NCBI GenBank assembly: GCA_014360655.1
Contig: JACIXC010000001.1
Coordinates: forward strand, 292,715-356,714
DNA length: 64,000 nucleotides
Source of the DNA: Actinomycetota bacterium
Lineage (GTDB): Bacteria > Actinomycetota > Geothermincolia > Geothermincolales > RBG-13-55-18
Reading direction: 5' to 3'
The position numbers were made by a program, and so were the translations under genes. Below the pieces are notes generated by a model. The model worked only from the letters and a program-made list of their open reading frames with translations, was not told the origin of the DNA and searched no databases. Within the stretch, counting starts at the first letter, position 1. Every line of letters begins with the position of its first letter. This document shows positions 28,005 through 37,876 of this stretch, piece after piece.

Positions 28005-29063
28005 CTATGCCAGGCCCCGCTCCTCCAGGATGCGCCGCATGGTCTCCAGCCTGTCCCGGGGCGGGACCACGGCATCCTCCCTCTCTTCCAGGGTTATGGC
28101 GCCCTGCCCGCAGGTCGGCACGCAGACACCGCAACCGATGCACCTCCGGGGGTCGATGGCCGCTACCCCGCCGTCAACCGCGATGGCATCCATGGGACAG
28201 CGCTCCACGCATACCCCGCAGCCGTCGCATGCATCGGCGTTGAGCAGGGAGCGGTAGTTGGAGTGCAGGATCTCCCCCGGGTTGGGAAGGACCTTCATTA
28301 TCCTCAAGCCCGAGCAGCAGCAGGGACAGCATGAGCACACGAACCTGATCTCCCGGGCGTTCTCCGCCAGGAGCACCAGCCCCAGCTCCTCCGAGCGTTC
28401 GAGTAGCCCCAGGGCTTCATCCACGCCGATCCTCCGGCCGGGCCAGCCGTTCTCCAGGTGATAGCGGGCGAAGTCACCGAACATGAGGCAGATCTCCAGG
28501 GGGTAATGGCAGCGGCGTCCCAGCAATCCCTGCTGCCTGCGGCAGATGCATTGCTTGACGCCTAAGAATTCGTGCTCGCGCACCAGGTCCCTTATGCGGT
28601 CATAGGCGGCGACGGCGTGGGACGCGTCCACCGCCGACCCCACGGGGATGAATCGCGTCTGCAGCGTCTTCGCCCCTGCCATGGCCAGCCCCACGTAGGG
28701 GATGTACTCCTCGACCATCTCCGCCAGCTCGCGGTCCATGGTCCCCAGGTTGTACTCGTATATGCCCACGATGAACTGCTCCAGGCGGTAGCGGGCATCC
28801 CCGCCCTCCCCTTCCCTGTAGATCAACCCCCGGGAGGCCATGGAGGCGAGCCTCTCCGCCGCTTCCGCCTCCTCTATGCCGTGCCGCCGTGCGATCTCTT
28901 TCGGTGAGCGGGGCTCCCGCTCCAAACAAACGGCCAGCTCCGCTTCCTCGGGAGAGAAGAGCTTGGAGAGGATCTTCATCTCCACGCCGCTCTCGGTGGC
29001 GGGGAATCCCCCCGGCATCTTGTCCAGCAGTTCCTTCAGCCTCGCATATGTCTGCTCGCTCAC
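28005..29063 (-). CDS. 4Fe-4S dicluster protein, paralog of 2258..3349
   Basis: CICR, VCSCCPCCC and two CxxCxxCxxxC motifs; AAGGAG RBS. Confidence 0.85.
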   Translation of the reverse strand: MSEQTYARLKELLDKMPGGFPATESGVEMKILSKLFSPEEAELAVCLEREPRSPKEIARRHGIEEAEAAERLASMASRGLIYREGEGGDARYRLEQFIVGIYEYNLGTMDRELAEMVEEYIPYVGLAMAGAKTLQTRFIPVGSAVDASHAVAAYDRIRDLVREHEFLGVKQCICRRQQGLLGRRCHYPLEICLMFGDFARYHLENGWPGRRIGVDEALGLLERSEELGLVLLAENAREIRFVCSCCPCCCSGLRIMKVLPNPGEILHSNYRSLLNADACDGCGVCVERCPMDAIAVDGGVAAIDPRRCIGCGVCVPTCGQGAITLEEREDAVVPPRDRLETMRRILEERGLA

Positions 29064-29117
29064 GTTCTCGCTCCTTGATTCGCTCTCCCCCGGGTCGTGC
29101 CTTCTATCCTCGGTTAA

Positions 29118-29149
29118 AGTTTACATCCTTTCCCCGCCATCCCCGCAAG
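29118..29149 (-). promoter_or_regulatory. Duplicated promoter-like element, copy 2
   Basis: AGTTTACATCCTTTCCCCGCCATCCCCGCAAG, one mismatch to copy 1. Confidence 0.6.
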
Positions 29150-29275
29150 CTGCAGCTTCTCCCCGCATCGCTGTGCCGAACCTCGCCGCTGCCCTTTGAT
29201 TCTTCGATTCACCAGGCCATGACTTTCTACCTTCAGAACTCGAATCTCTATTCCCTCGATGTGCCAGCGGAAACG

Positions 29276-30883
29276 GGTCAAGTCCCAAAACGTCTGTAAA
29301 CATGATCTGGCATATACCATATCGATCGTTGTTCCTGCCAATATAAGAAAAACCCATCAAGAATGACACCTTTCATGCATCATCATACGAGGGCCGGCAA
29401 CCCACGCCGCGCGAAGCCATCAGCGGGGTGATCCATGTACCTGGAGCCCAGCCCTGTTGATGATGTTCCCTGTTTTCTGCCGTTGATGTTCGTTCGCCTG
29501 AGGCTCAGGCGGAGCCGGCGAAACCGGCGCTTTCGGCCCTCTTGCGACTCCCATCTACCGCCTTATTCATCTCGACGTATTTGTCAAGGAGATTGCGCTC
29601 TATATCCGTAAAACGCACCCTCTGATCAGCGCTCCGACTCCCGCCAGAGAACCGCGAAGACCAGCTTCAAGCACTCCCTCTCTCCCCGGAAGCGCAGGAT
29701 GACCTTGGCCCTCCTGCGCTCCTCTAAAAAGCTGCGCTCCACCAGGTTGGTGGCGCGGATGTTCCTGCGGTGCACGGAGGGGAGCTTTAGGTGGGCCAGG
29801 GAGGCCTCCAGGTCCTCGGCGAAGCTCTTCATGGCGGAGGAGAACTCGGGTGAGAACCTCTTCGCTGTGACCTGGGCCATCATTTTCCCCGCCTCGTAGT
29901 CTGGGGCGTCCCGCACAGCCTCCAACCAGGGCTTGAGGAGGGGCCGGACGTTTTCAGGCACTTTATCCAGGACGTTTCTCATCTTGTACACCCAGCAGCG
30001 TATCCTCTCCGCCTCCGGCTCATGCGGCCTCCGCCGCCTTGGTGAGGCCGGGAGCGCCATCGGTGGTTACGGTCAAGGGGGGCTTGAGGCCCCGGGAGAC
30101 CATGTCCCTGAAGTGGGAGAGCCAGTCCTCGTAGGATTCCTTTCCGCCCAAGGTCATGGAGAGGAGCACCTTGGCGCCGCAAGAGAGGATGGCCCAGGAG
30201 ACCAAGACTCCCTCCTTTAAGCCCGCCTGGGCCCGGAGCGATTCGTAGACGGCGTCGGAGAAAAGGTAGACGACATCGAGGCCGGAGAGGTCCCGCCCCT
30301 GGAACTCCTCGTATTCCTCCCACAGGACCTCGGTCAGGCGGCTCACAGAAGAGCGGGAGAGAAGCGATTTCCCGCCCCGGGATATCTCGCACAAGTGGTC
30401 CTCTGCCTCCCGGGTGGACAGTCCGCCGGCGTACATCTCGACCACCAGCCTTTCCGAGACGTCGGTGCGCAGCTTGAGCGCCTCCCAGAGCTCCAGGCGG
30501 AAGGTCTCCCCCGTCCCCCTCATCTGGGGTAGGTCTATCTCGAGCCTGCCCTCGGCGCAGTCTATATGCCTCTGCTTGTAGCCGTTGCGCCAGCCGGGCG
30601 ATTCCCCGCCTGAGCACTGGTAGCGCTCCCTGCTCAGCCCTTCCGAAACCTCGGCCTCCAACGCCTCCCAGATCAGCTTTCCCGCTCCATCCTTATCAGC
30701 TCGCTGTCAGATTCTCTGCCTCGTTCTCTTCTATGAGCTCTTTTTGCCTTCTTCTCCAGCAACTCGCTCGGTGATATTCTTTTCATAGGTCTGGACTCCT
30801 TTCGTCGGTTGCTTTGGTTGTGCATAACAACCGATATGGTAGTCCAGACCGCTTAGAATTTACAGACAGTTTAGGACGTAGCC
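29276..30883 (-). mobile_element. Degenerate IS256-family insertion sequence
   Basis: Imperfect terminal inverted repeats GGTCAAGTCCCAAAACGTCTGTAAA and GGCTACGTCCTAAACTGTCTGTAAA (19/25 match) around a broken transposase; no target-site duplication seen. Confidence 0.75.
29626..30786 (-). pseudogene. IS256-family (mutator-type DDE) transposase pseudogene
   Basis: RNGY, MYAGGLSTR, DAVYE, TDGAPGL and IRATNLVER motifs split over several frames; ATG at 30786 after AAAGGAG. Confidence 0.88.
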
Positions 30884-31088
30884 AGCCGAGAGATGGGCCA
30901 CAGGTTCGCTTTAGCGATATCTCCAAGATCAGCAGCCACTTGGGCAACAGGCCCTTTTGGTTACACTAATCACACGTCTGGATAACCCGGCAAGGAAGTG
31001 AGCTGCGTTACTGTAAATGCCATGCATGCACAAGCTACCAGACCTGAATTTGAGTGGGGGAAGTGACCTCTATTTCTGTACAAAATTT

Positions 31089-31649
31089 CTATGACGGCCA
31101 TTCGCCCTTTTCCCAGACAGTGGGCTCCAGGTCGTAACGCATGCTAATCGTCTTGCCTCTAGGATCTGCTTCATTTTCATGGTGATTTTCAAGGAAGCCA
31201 AGTTTTTCGTAGAAGTCCCGACTGTCTTGGTAGGCATCAACCGAAATAAAGCGTAACCCGATCCATTCTTGAATCTCTAAAGCTAGACCTATTACGTCAT
31301 AGACCATTGTGCGACCTATGCCCTTGCCTTGGAAGTCTTTTTGTACGCCGAGCCTGCATATCTTAAGGGCAGGGTATTCGCTGTATGGGATATTATATTC
31401 TCTTTTAATTCTATCTTTTTCCTCTTTGGCGAGGCTTATGCAGTCAGTCGCCAAGCTATAAAAACCTACGGTTTTCCCCTTGTATTTTACCAGAGTAGTC
31501 ATGGCCACATTGGCGTTCTGGTGGCGAAGTGCGTCATTGATAATAAAGTCGTTGAGGTCTTCGTCACCACAATCAAAATCCGAGGGGATATTCTCCTCGG
31601 ATAGTGGTTCAGAAGTCAAATCTTGCAGGGAGATATTCTCATCCATCAC
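31089..31649 (-). CDS. GNAT family acetyltransferase, probable TA toxin
   Basis: FDCGDEDLNDF, GFYSL, PALKICRLGVQKDFQGKGIG, VDAY and FYEKLGF, typical of TacT/AtaT-like GNATs; low GC. Confidence 0.85.
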   Translation of the reverse strand: MMDENISLQDLTSEPLSEENIPSDFDCGDEDLNDFIINDALRHQNANVAMTTLVKYKGKTVGFYSLATDCISLAKEEKDRIKREYNIPYSEYPALKICRLGVQKDFQGKGIGRTMVYDVIGLALEIQEWIGLRFISVDAYQDSRDFYEKLGFLENHHENEADPRGKTISMRYDLEPTVWEKGEWPS

Positions 31650-31827
31650 GCCCCTTTAGGGTAGTTGGAAAGGGCTGACGATGCTTCTTAAGCTCCCTGT
31701 GAATTTCCCGCGCTTCCTTCAGGAGTCGCTCTTTCTGCGGGCTGTATTTCACCTTGGTGATACTCTGACAGAAGAGATCTATGCTCTTGCCCTTGAGTGT
31801 AGGTGTCGGTTCTATCGGTCTTGCCAT
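31639..31827 (-). CDS. Small protein, probable antitoxin of the GNAT toxin
   Basis: 62 aa starting MARPIEPTPTLKG; GGAGG RBS; overlaps the GNAT start. Confidence 0.65.
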   Translation of the reverse strand: MARPIEPTPTLKGKSIDLFCQSITKVKYSPQKERLLKEAREIHRELKKHRQPFPTTLKGRDG

Positions 31828-32137
31828 TTCTGCCTCCGTCGAAAAACTAAGAGAGTGTACCTTATGGTAAATTCTTCAGGCTCTCCGTTTCCTCCTTTTC
31901 TATATTCTAAATATTTATATCGTGCCCATCGATTAATTATTTTAACCTATTTCGTCAACCCTGAAACACGTTCAGCCTGCCAGACCTGAGTAAGATCCCG
32001 GGCTGCTTCCGATTCTTTATGCAATCCCGGAGTCCCTGTCCAGGCATGCCCGCTTCTCCAGGCTTTTAAACGGGAGCCCACGCACTATCCTAGCAACAAC
32101 CATGGACAGCAACAAGTGACAGGGTTGGTAAAAAGGG

Positions 32138-32520
32138 GAGGGAGTGGGCCTGTAAGCCGGATTCTGTACCCGGGGGGATGCCCCGGGCGGTGGTCATCCA
32201 TCTGGGACCGCCGTTACCGGCGGCCTCATGCGGCCTACCCGAGCCTCGAGCGCCGCGGGCCACGGCATCGGCTCCTATTTGGCCTTGCTCCGGGAGGGGT
32301 TTACCAAGCCGGCCCCGTCACCGGGACCGCTGGTGGGCTCTTACCCCACCTTTTCACCCTTGCCCCTGCCCCCATGGGGGGCGGTGGGCGGTTTCCCTTT
32401 CTGTGGCACTTTCCGTCGGGTCACCCCGCCTGGGCGTTACCCAGCTCCCTGCCCTGCGGAGTCCGGACTTTCCTCGAGCGCGCCGGCCGGCGCACCCGCG
32501 ACCACCCGGCCTACTCCCTC
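32138..32520 (-). ncRNA. rnpB: RNase P RNA (type A)
   Basis: GAGGAAAGTCCGGACTCC, GAAAGTGCCACAGAAA, GGGTGAAAAGGTGGGGTAAGAGCCCACC, GGTAAACCCC and ACAGAATCCGGCTTA; P1 helix GAGGGAGT/ACTCCCTC; TATAAT at 32534-32529. Confidence 0.96.
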
Positions 32521-32788
32521 CACATTCCATTATATTCGAGCGCCGGCCGGGGATAAACGTTCCCGGGGAGAGCGCGCCTTTCCCGTTGAATCCCAGGTTG
32601 GATCCGACCCTGCCGGGAGCAGGGAATGCTTCGCCCGTCCCGGGGGAGCACCGTTCGCAGAAGGTCTTACCCGTGGGGCGCTTGCCGCCTGACCAGGACA
32701 TATCAAAGCCCGGCTCCCTGCATCGGTCCGAGTTTTCCATCCCGGGCGTCTCCCGCACCGCTCGGGGACCACCACCCGGGGCACGCGC

Positions 32789-33073
32789 TCAGGAACCGCG
32801 CTGCTTCCTCTCCTCTTCCTCCGCCATCGCGATGTATTCCGCCCAGTTCTCGGAGAGCCTGGCCTCGCCCTCGTAGCGCCCCATGGGCGTGATCACCGGC
32901 TGAGGCCCCGAGCCGTCCCATTCCTTCTCGGCGGGTTCGAAGCTGTGGCCGGTCACCTTGCCCTCCTCGTCGAAGTGGAACCAGACCCTCTGGCCGGGGT
33001 TTTCCTCCGACGAGAGAAAGGCCTTCATGGTGAACAGGTGCTGCGTTTTCAGGTAATCCCTTACGGCGGACAT
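32789..33073 (-). CDS. Hypothetical protein (94 aa)
   Basis: GAGGAGGTG RBS and host-like codon usage. Confidence 0.75.
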   Translation of the reverse strand: MSAVRDYLKTQHLFTMKAFLSSEENPGQRVWFHFDEEGKVTGHSFEPAEKEWDGSGPQPVITPMGRYEGEARLSENWAEYIAMAEEEERKQRGS

Positions 33074-33291
33074 GGCTCACCTCCTCGAGCGCGACGCTTT
33101 TACCCCTTCACATTCTATCCTCCCTGACGGCACGTCTTCCACTTACCGCGGGTAGGCGAACACGCCGCGCTACCCCTGCCGGGGGCGCGATCGCGGGAGG
33201 AAGGGCACAGGCGGCGACGCTTCACGGCAGTGTCCGCGGGAGGCGCTTTTCCGCCCCAGCGGGGGGAAGGCGCGGCGCTCCTGGGACGGCC

Positions 33292-34317
33292 TCACTCGCC
33301 CGGGGCGGGCAGCTTCTCCGCCAGGTGGCCGAAACCGCAGCGGGCGAGGAGGTTCTTCGCCGCCCCCGCCAGCAGGTCCTCCTCGATCCCTTCGTCGAAC
33401 CCGAAGAAGCGCAGGTCCTCCAGGAGGGCGGGGTGGTACCCGAACCCCACGGGGAAGTCCGTGCCGTACATGATGCGGTCGGAGAAGTCCTCCAGCAGGC
33501 GGTGGAACCAGGGCAGGTTCTTCTCCACCTCCTCCACCTCCAGGCTGGAGGCCGAATCCGGGAGGGAGCTCCCCTGGGACTTCAGGTGATGGTGCAGGCG
33601 CAGGCAGGAGATGGTGTTGGTCATGTCCAGCCAGAAATTGGGATATTCTTCCATGAGGCGGTGGGCTAGGCGGAAGCGGGGGAAGAGCGCGTGCACCGCC
33701 ACCACCTGCATGCGCGGGTGGTCGCGGATGGTGCGCTCCATCTCCTCCAGGTCCATGTACATGCCGTAGAAGGCGTCGAAGCCGGTGTGCACGAGGAGCG
33801 GCCTGCCGTGCTCGTCGAGCACCCGGAAGAGCGGCCGCATCTCCTCGCCGAAGGCGGGAAAGCGCTGCGCGTAGGGGTGCAGCTTCATGCCCACGAAGCC
33901 GTATTCCTCGATGCAGCGCCGCGTCTCCCCCTCCTTGTCCGGCGTTTCGATGTGCAGGGAGCCGAAGGGCACCGCCTCCGGGATCCCCGCGCAGAGGTCG
34001 CGGTTGAAGCGGTTGAGGTCCTCCGTCTCCTCCTCCCACAGGGGGAAGACGAGGTTGAAGAAGAGGGGGATGCCCGAGGAGCGGAGGGAGGCCAGGATCT
34101 CCTCCGTGGAGATGTCCTCGCTCACCGGGAATCCGGGGGTGAACTTCTTCACCCAGCGCACCAGGCCGCGCATGCGCCGCGGCGGCAGGATGTGCACGTG
34201 GGTGTCCACCCAGGGCGCGCCCCCTACCCCGGGGCCGTCCCCGGCGCTATCCCAGCGCATGGGGATGTCCGCCGCCTGCCAGGCTTCCCCTTCCCCGTTT
34301 CGGTCACCGGATGCCAT
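33292..34317 (-). CDS. Amidohydrolase family protein (Amidohydro_2)
   Basis: DTHVH, GMKLHP, VHTG, VH and YGTDFP motifs. Confidence 0.88.
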   Translation of the reverse strand: MASGDRNGEGEAWQAADIPMRWDSAGDGPGVGGAPWVDTHVHILPPRRMRGLVRWVKKFTPGFPVSEDISTEEILASLRSSGIPLFFNLVFPLWEEETEDLNRFNRDLCAGIPEAVPFGSLHIETPDKEGETRRCIEEYGFVGMKLHPYAQRFPAFGEEMRPLFRVLDEHGRPLLVHTGFDAFYGMYMDLEEMERTIRDHPRMQVVAVHALFPRFRLAHRLMEEYPNFWLDMTNTISCLRLHHHLKSQGSSLPDSASSLEVEEVEKNLPWFHRLLEDFSDRIMYGTDFPVGFGYHPALLEDLRFFGFDEGIEEDLLAGAAKNLLARCGFGHLAEKLPAPGE

Positions 34318-34456
34318 CGTCCCTCCCGTTTGCCGTTTCCGTCGTTATCTACCGTCCTTTCCATCGCTGGCGCCGCCGCGCCGCAAGGGGCATCCGGCAG
34401 GGCTAAGCGGATTATACAACATCCACTGGGATGCACGAGGGAACGGGCACGTCGCC

Positions 34457-34597
34457 GTGCCCGCGGAAGTGCCCCGCGGATGTGCCAGCGGACGTGCCCC
34501 GCGGATGTGCCAGCGGACGTGTAGGCGGACGTGCCCGCGGACGTACCACCTGAAGTGCCAGCGGAAGTACCCCACGGACGTGCCATCGGACGTGGCC
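34457..34597. repeat. Degenerate 12-13-bp tandem repeat, about 11 units
   Basis: GTGCCCGCGGAA / GTGCCAGCGGAC-type units in a divergent promoter region. Confidence 0.85.
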
Positions 34598-34783
34598 GCT
34601 CAGATGACCGCGTGGGCGAACGCGGACAAGCGCCGCTCCCCGGCGCGTGCCGATAGCGCCTGACGGCGAAAGGACGTGAGGCCTCCCGCCCGCTCCGTAC
34701 GCGGGAAGCCCCGGCGGGAGGGATTGTATAATTGTGCGGGAAGCGAGGTAAGGGAGGGGAAAGACGAAGGAGGAAGAAAGCGC

Positions 34784-35983
34784 GTGAGGGGGATATCCCG
34801 CCTGCTCCTGGCCATCGTGGTGCCATCTATTATGGTAATAATTTCCATATACGGCGCCGCGGGCTGCGCCGGCGAGGATCTCACCGCCAGGGTGATCGGG
34901 CTGCTGCAAGAAAAGGCCGGGACCTTCACCGCCCTCGACTACACCTGCATCACGGAGGACGGGGAAAGCGTCTACCGGGAGGAGTTCTTCCTGCGCTTTC
35001 CCGACGGATACCGCTACCGCTTCCTCGACGTCTCCCGGGGGGAGGCGCGCCTGCTGCAATACACGGCGCAATCCGGCAACCGGGTCTACCGCGTGCGCAC
35101 GCAGAGCGATGACGCCGGCGCCGCCTACCTCCAGGCCGAGCTGTTGCTGGACGTGCCTCCCCTGCGCAACACCGGCGCGTACCTCTCCCTCTACAACCTC
35201 TGCGGCAACGCGGATTATTACTCCTCCCTGGCCTCCCTCCTCCAGGGCGGGAGCCTGCAGGTCCTCGCGCGCTCGTCGCTCGGGGGCAAGGACGCCTTTC
35301 ACCTGAAATCGCCCCCCGGACTCTCCCCGGAAACGGAGCTGTGGATAGACGCCGGGAGCGGCCTGCCGCTGCGCAAGGAGGTCTCCCTCGCCGGGGACAG
35401 GCGCATCTCCTTCTCTTACCAGGACTTCAGGATCGACGCGTACGGGGAACTGGAGCCCTTCCCCTCCGGCATCCCGCCCGGCTTCGATGCCTCCCTCCCC
35501 GTGAGGGAAGCGACCCGCAACGGGGCGTGCCTTCCCCTGGACCCGGCGGACGCGGCATCGGCGCTGGGTTTCGCGCCCCTGACGGTGGAAATAGAGGGGT
35601 TCGCGCTGGCGGGGGCGTACGTGAGGGACCCCACCGCCTCCGACCTCTTCCCCTCCGAGCGGTCCGTGGCCTTCCCCCAGGGTTTCCGGGAGCTTTACCT
35701 GGTTTACCGCAGCGGCAGCCGCCAGTGCGAGGTGCGGGAGGTGCCCGTGGTGGAGGGCTTCGCCGCCTACACCACCGGACTGGGAGCCCTCTCGGGCGCT
35801 TACCTCACGCAGCAGGAGATCCTGGGGGGTCCGGAGGCGAAGGCCTACTACACCGCCGCCCTCGGTTTCCAGGAGATGCGCCTGGCGACAGGGAGCCTGG
35901 AGATCACGGTGACCGGCGACCTCTCGCGCAACGAGCTGGAAGGGCTTTCCGCGGCCTTCCATGAACTGGCCGCGGGCAGGTAG
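34784..35983 (+). CDS. Exported lipoprotein, LolA / MucB-RseB-like
   Basis: Signal peptide with AAGC lipobox; LWIDAGSGLPLR motif typical of the LolA-like fold. Confidence 0.6.
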   Translation: MRGISRLLLAIVVPSIMVIISIYGAAGCAGEDLTARVIGLLQEKAGTFTALDYTCITEDGESVYREEFFLRFPDGYRYRFLDVSRGEARLLQYTAQSGNRVYRVRTQSDDAGAAYLQAELLLDVPPLRNTGAYLSLYNLCGNADYYSSLASLLQGGSLQVLARSSLGGKDAFHLKSPPGLSPETELWIDAGSGLPLRKEVSLAGDRRISFSYQDFRIDAYGELEPFPSGIPPGFDASLPVREATRNGACLPLDPADAASALGFAPLTVEIEGFALAGAYVRDPTASDLFPSERSVAFPQGFRELYLVYRSGSRQCEVREVPVVEGFAAYTTGLGALSGAYLTQQEILGGPEAKAYYTAALGFQEMRLATGSLEITVTGDLSRNELEGLSAAFHELAAGR

Positions 35984-36070
35984 CCCGACGCCTCGGCCCC
36001 GGCGCCCGCTTCTCTCCCCTGCTTCGGTACCCGCTCCTCCCGTCCCGGTGGCGTACCGGCCCAATCGCCC

Positions 36071-36218
36071 GCGTCCCACCGGGAGACCGCGTCGAGAGGA
36101 CGAGGTGTCCTTTTAACCAGTGGTGTTGCATGGGGAGATCTCGTCGAGGTACGTCGAGGTAACAACACGTAACAAAACGATCCTTCGTCGCATGGCGTCC
36201 CACCGGGAGACCGCGTCG
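36071..36218. repeat. 24-bp direct repeat x2 between convergent genes
   Basis: GCGTCCCACCGGGAGACCGCGTCG at 36071 and 36195. Confidence 0.85.
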
Positions 36219-36308
36219 CGGGAACGGGGGTATCTACCTCAGCAGGGCTCCGTCAAGCGCTCCGTCCGGCGCATGAGGCGCCCATGCAAGAAGGGGCATG
36301 CGCGGGCT

Positions 36309-37229
36309 TCAGCGGCTGGGCTCTATCAGGCGCAGCGTCCAGCCCAGGGGGGTGTGGTAAGGGGGCTCTCCCTTGAGGGCCGCCTCCATGCGCTCCACCA
36401 CCTCGTCCGTGAAGGCGGCGAGCATGCGCTCGCCGGCCTCCGGGTCGGCGGCGCGGGGCTCGCCGATGTAGTTGGGCGGGTGCTTTTCCGTGACCCAGGA
36501 GAGCATGAGCCCCACGTAAGCCAGGTCCCCGCCCAGTTCCCTCGCCCCCAGCAGCCCCAGCAGCTTCCCCAGCGAGCCGAGCGCCAGGTGGGGCCAGCGC
36601 CGGGGGTTGATGGAGGTGCGTTCCAGTTCCTTCCAGGCGGGGCGCACCCTCTCCGGCATGGCCCGCAGCGCGAGCGAGGTCTCGTTGAGCCCCGCGTGGC
36701 AATCCTGGGCGTCCCCGCAGGAACCCTGGCCCCTCCCGAGCCGGGAGAGCAGGGCGGGGTCCAGCTCCACCATGCGCCGGTAAAAGGAGAGGAAGGGGGC
36801 GACGACGTGGAAGCCCCTCTCCCGGTAAAGGCGCCGCACCGCCTTCGCGGTGGCGATCTGGTGGCGCGGTCCCCCGTGGTTGTCCACCACCAGGAGGTAG
36901 TGGAACCCGCGGTCCGCGAGAAAGGAGGCAACCCCGCGGAGCAGAAGGTTCACCGCCCGGCTGTCCACCTCCAGCGAGCCCGGGATGGTGTCGCTGCCCA
37001 TGAAGAAGGGGGGGAGCACCACGAAACGCAGCCCGGGGTGGGTCCCGGCGAGCCTGTCCAGGGCGCGGTCCCTCACCTCCCTGGCTATCATCACGTCGGT
37101 CCCCAGGGGCAGGTGGGGCCCGTGCACCTCGATGGGGCTGAGGACCATCACGAAGACGGTGCGCTCCCGGTCCAGGGAATCGATCTCCTCCCCGGTCATC
37201 TCCACCAGCTCAAGCGCTTTTTTGCCCAT
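36309..37229 (-). CDS. Creatininase / creatinine amidohydrolase family protein
   Basis: EVHGPHLPLGTD, NHGG and HAGLNETS motifs; TGnTATAAT 6 nt before the ATG. Confidence 0.88.
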   Translation of the reverse strand: MGKKALELVEMTGEEIDSLDRERTVFVMVLSPIEVHGPHLPLGTDVMIAREVRDRALDRLAGTHPGLRFVVLPPFFMGSDTIPGSLEVDSRAVNLLLRGVASFLADRGFHYLLVVDNHGGPRHQIATAKAVRRLYRERGFHVVAPFLSFYRRMVELDPALLSRLGRGQGSCGDAQDCHAGLNETSLALRAMPERVRPAWKELERTSINPRRWPHLALGSLGKLLGLLGARELGGDLAYVGLMLSWVTEKHPPNYIGEPRAADPEAGERMLAAFTDEVVERMEAALKGEPPYHTPLGWTLRLIEPSR

Positions 37230-37546
37230 GGCCGGATTATAGCACCCACGCGGCGACCTTTCGCGGCTTCCGGCCCCCCAAGGCGCCCTCGTCCGGACCC
37301 GTATGACAGGGCGACCGGGGGTATCCTCCCTGGAGCCAGGGGATGCAATCGCCGGCTGGAGGTCCGGGTCAGCGGCCGGCAGGGAATCCTGGATGCCGCC
37401 GGCCGAAGGGGGTGATAATATCTAAGGAAACCGGGGAAATCGGGGTCCCGGCAAGGAACCCAGGAAATCCGCCCCGGTAAGGAGATCAAGAAACCGGGGA
37501 CCCGGTACGCGGATACGGGAACGCAGCCCACGGGGAGGTGACGAGG

Positions 37547-37858
37547 ATGGCTTTCAGGGCGGCCTTCATAGCCCACGCGCCGGACGCCGATCCCGCGACC
37601 CACAGGGCCGTGGTGGAGACGCCGAAGTACAAGCTCCTGGTGGTCGTGGTCAGCGGCCAGGAGCAGGCGGTCGCGGAGTGCAGGCGTCTGGTCGAGGAGG
37701 AGGACATCCACGCCGTGATGCTCTGCCCGGGGTTCACGCACCGGGACGTGGCGGAGATCGCGGAGGCCGTTGGTGAGAAGGTGAGCGTGAACGTCGCCAG
37801 GGGGGACGGCCCCGGCAACAGGATAGCCATGGAGGTAATCCGCAGGGAGTGGGCCTGA
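37547..37858 (+). CDS. Conserved hypothetical protein (DUF6506-like)
   Basis: AAFIAHAPDADP...LCPGF pattern; GGAGGTG RBS. Confidence 0.65.
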   Translation: MAFRAAFIAHAPDADPATHRAVVETPKYKLLVVVVSGQEQAVAECRRLVEEEDIHAVMLCPGFTHRDVAEIAEAVGEKVSVNVARGDGPGNRIAMEVIRREWA

Positions 37859-37876
37859 CCCACAGGAAGCGAGGAC

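Noticed and set aside
29150-32137. Island integrated into rnpB with a duplicated 3' end
   Set aside because: No convincing second copy of the rnpB 3' end was found to the left, and there is no integrase
32116-32876. ORFs overlapping 32.1-32.9 kb
   Set aside because: They overlap rnpB and its promoter, and the translations have no protein-like features
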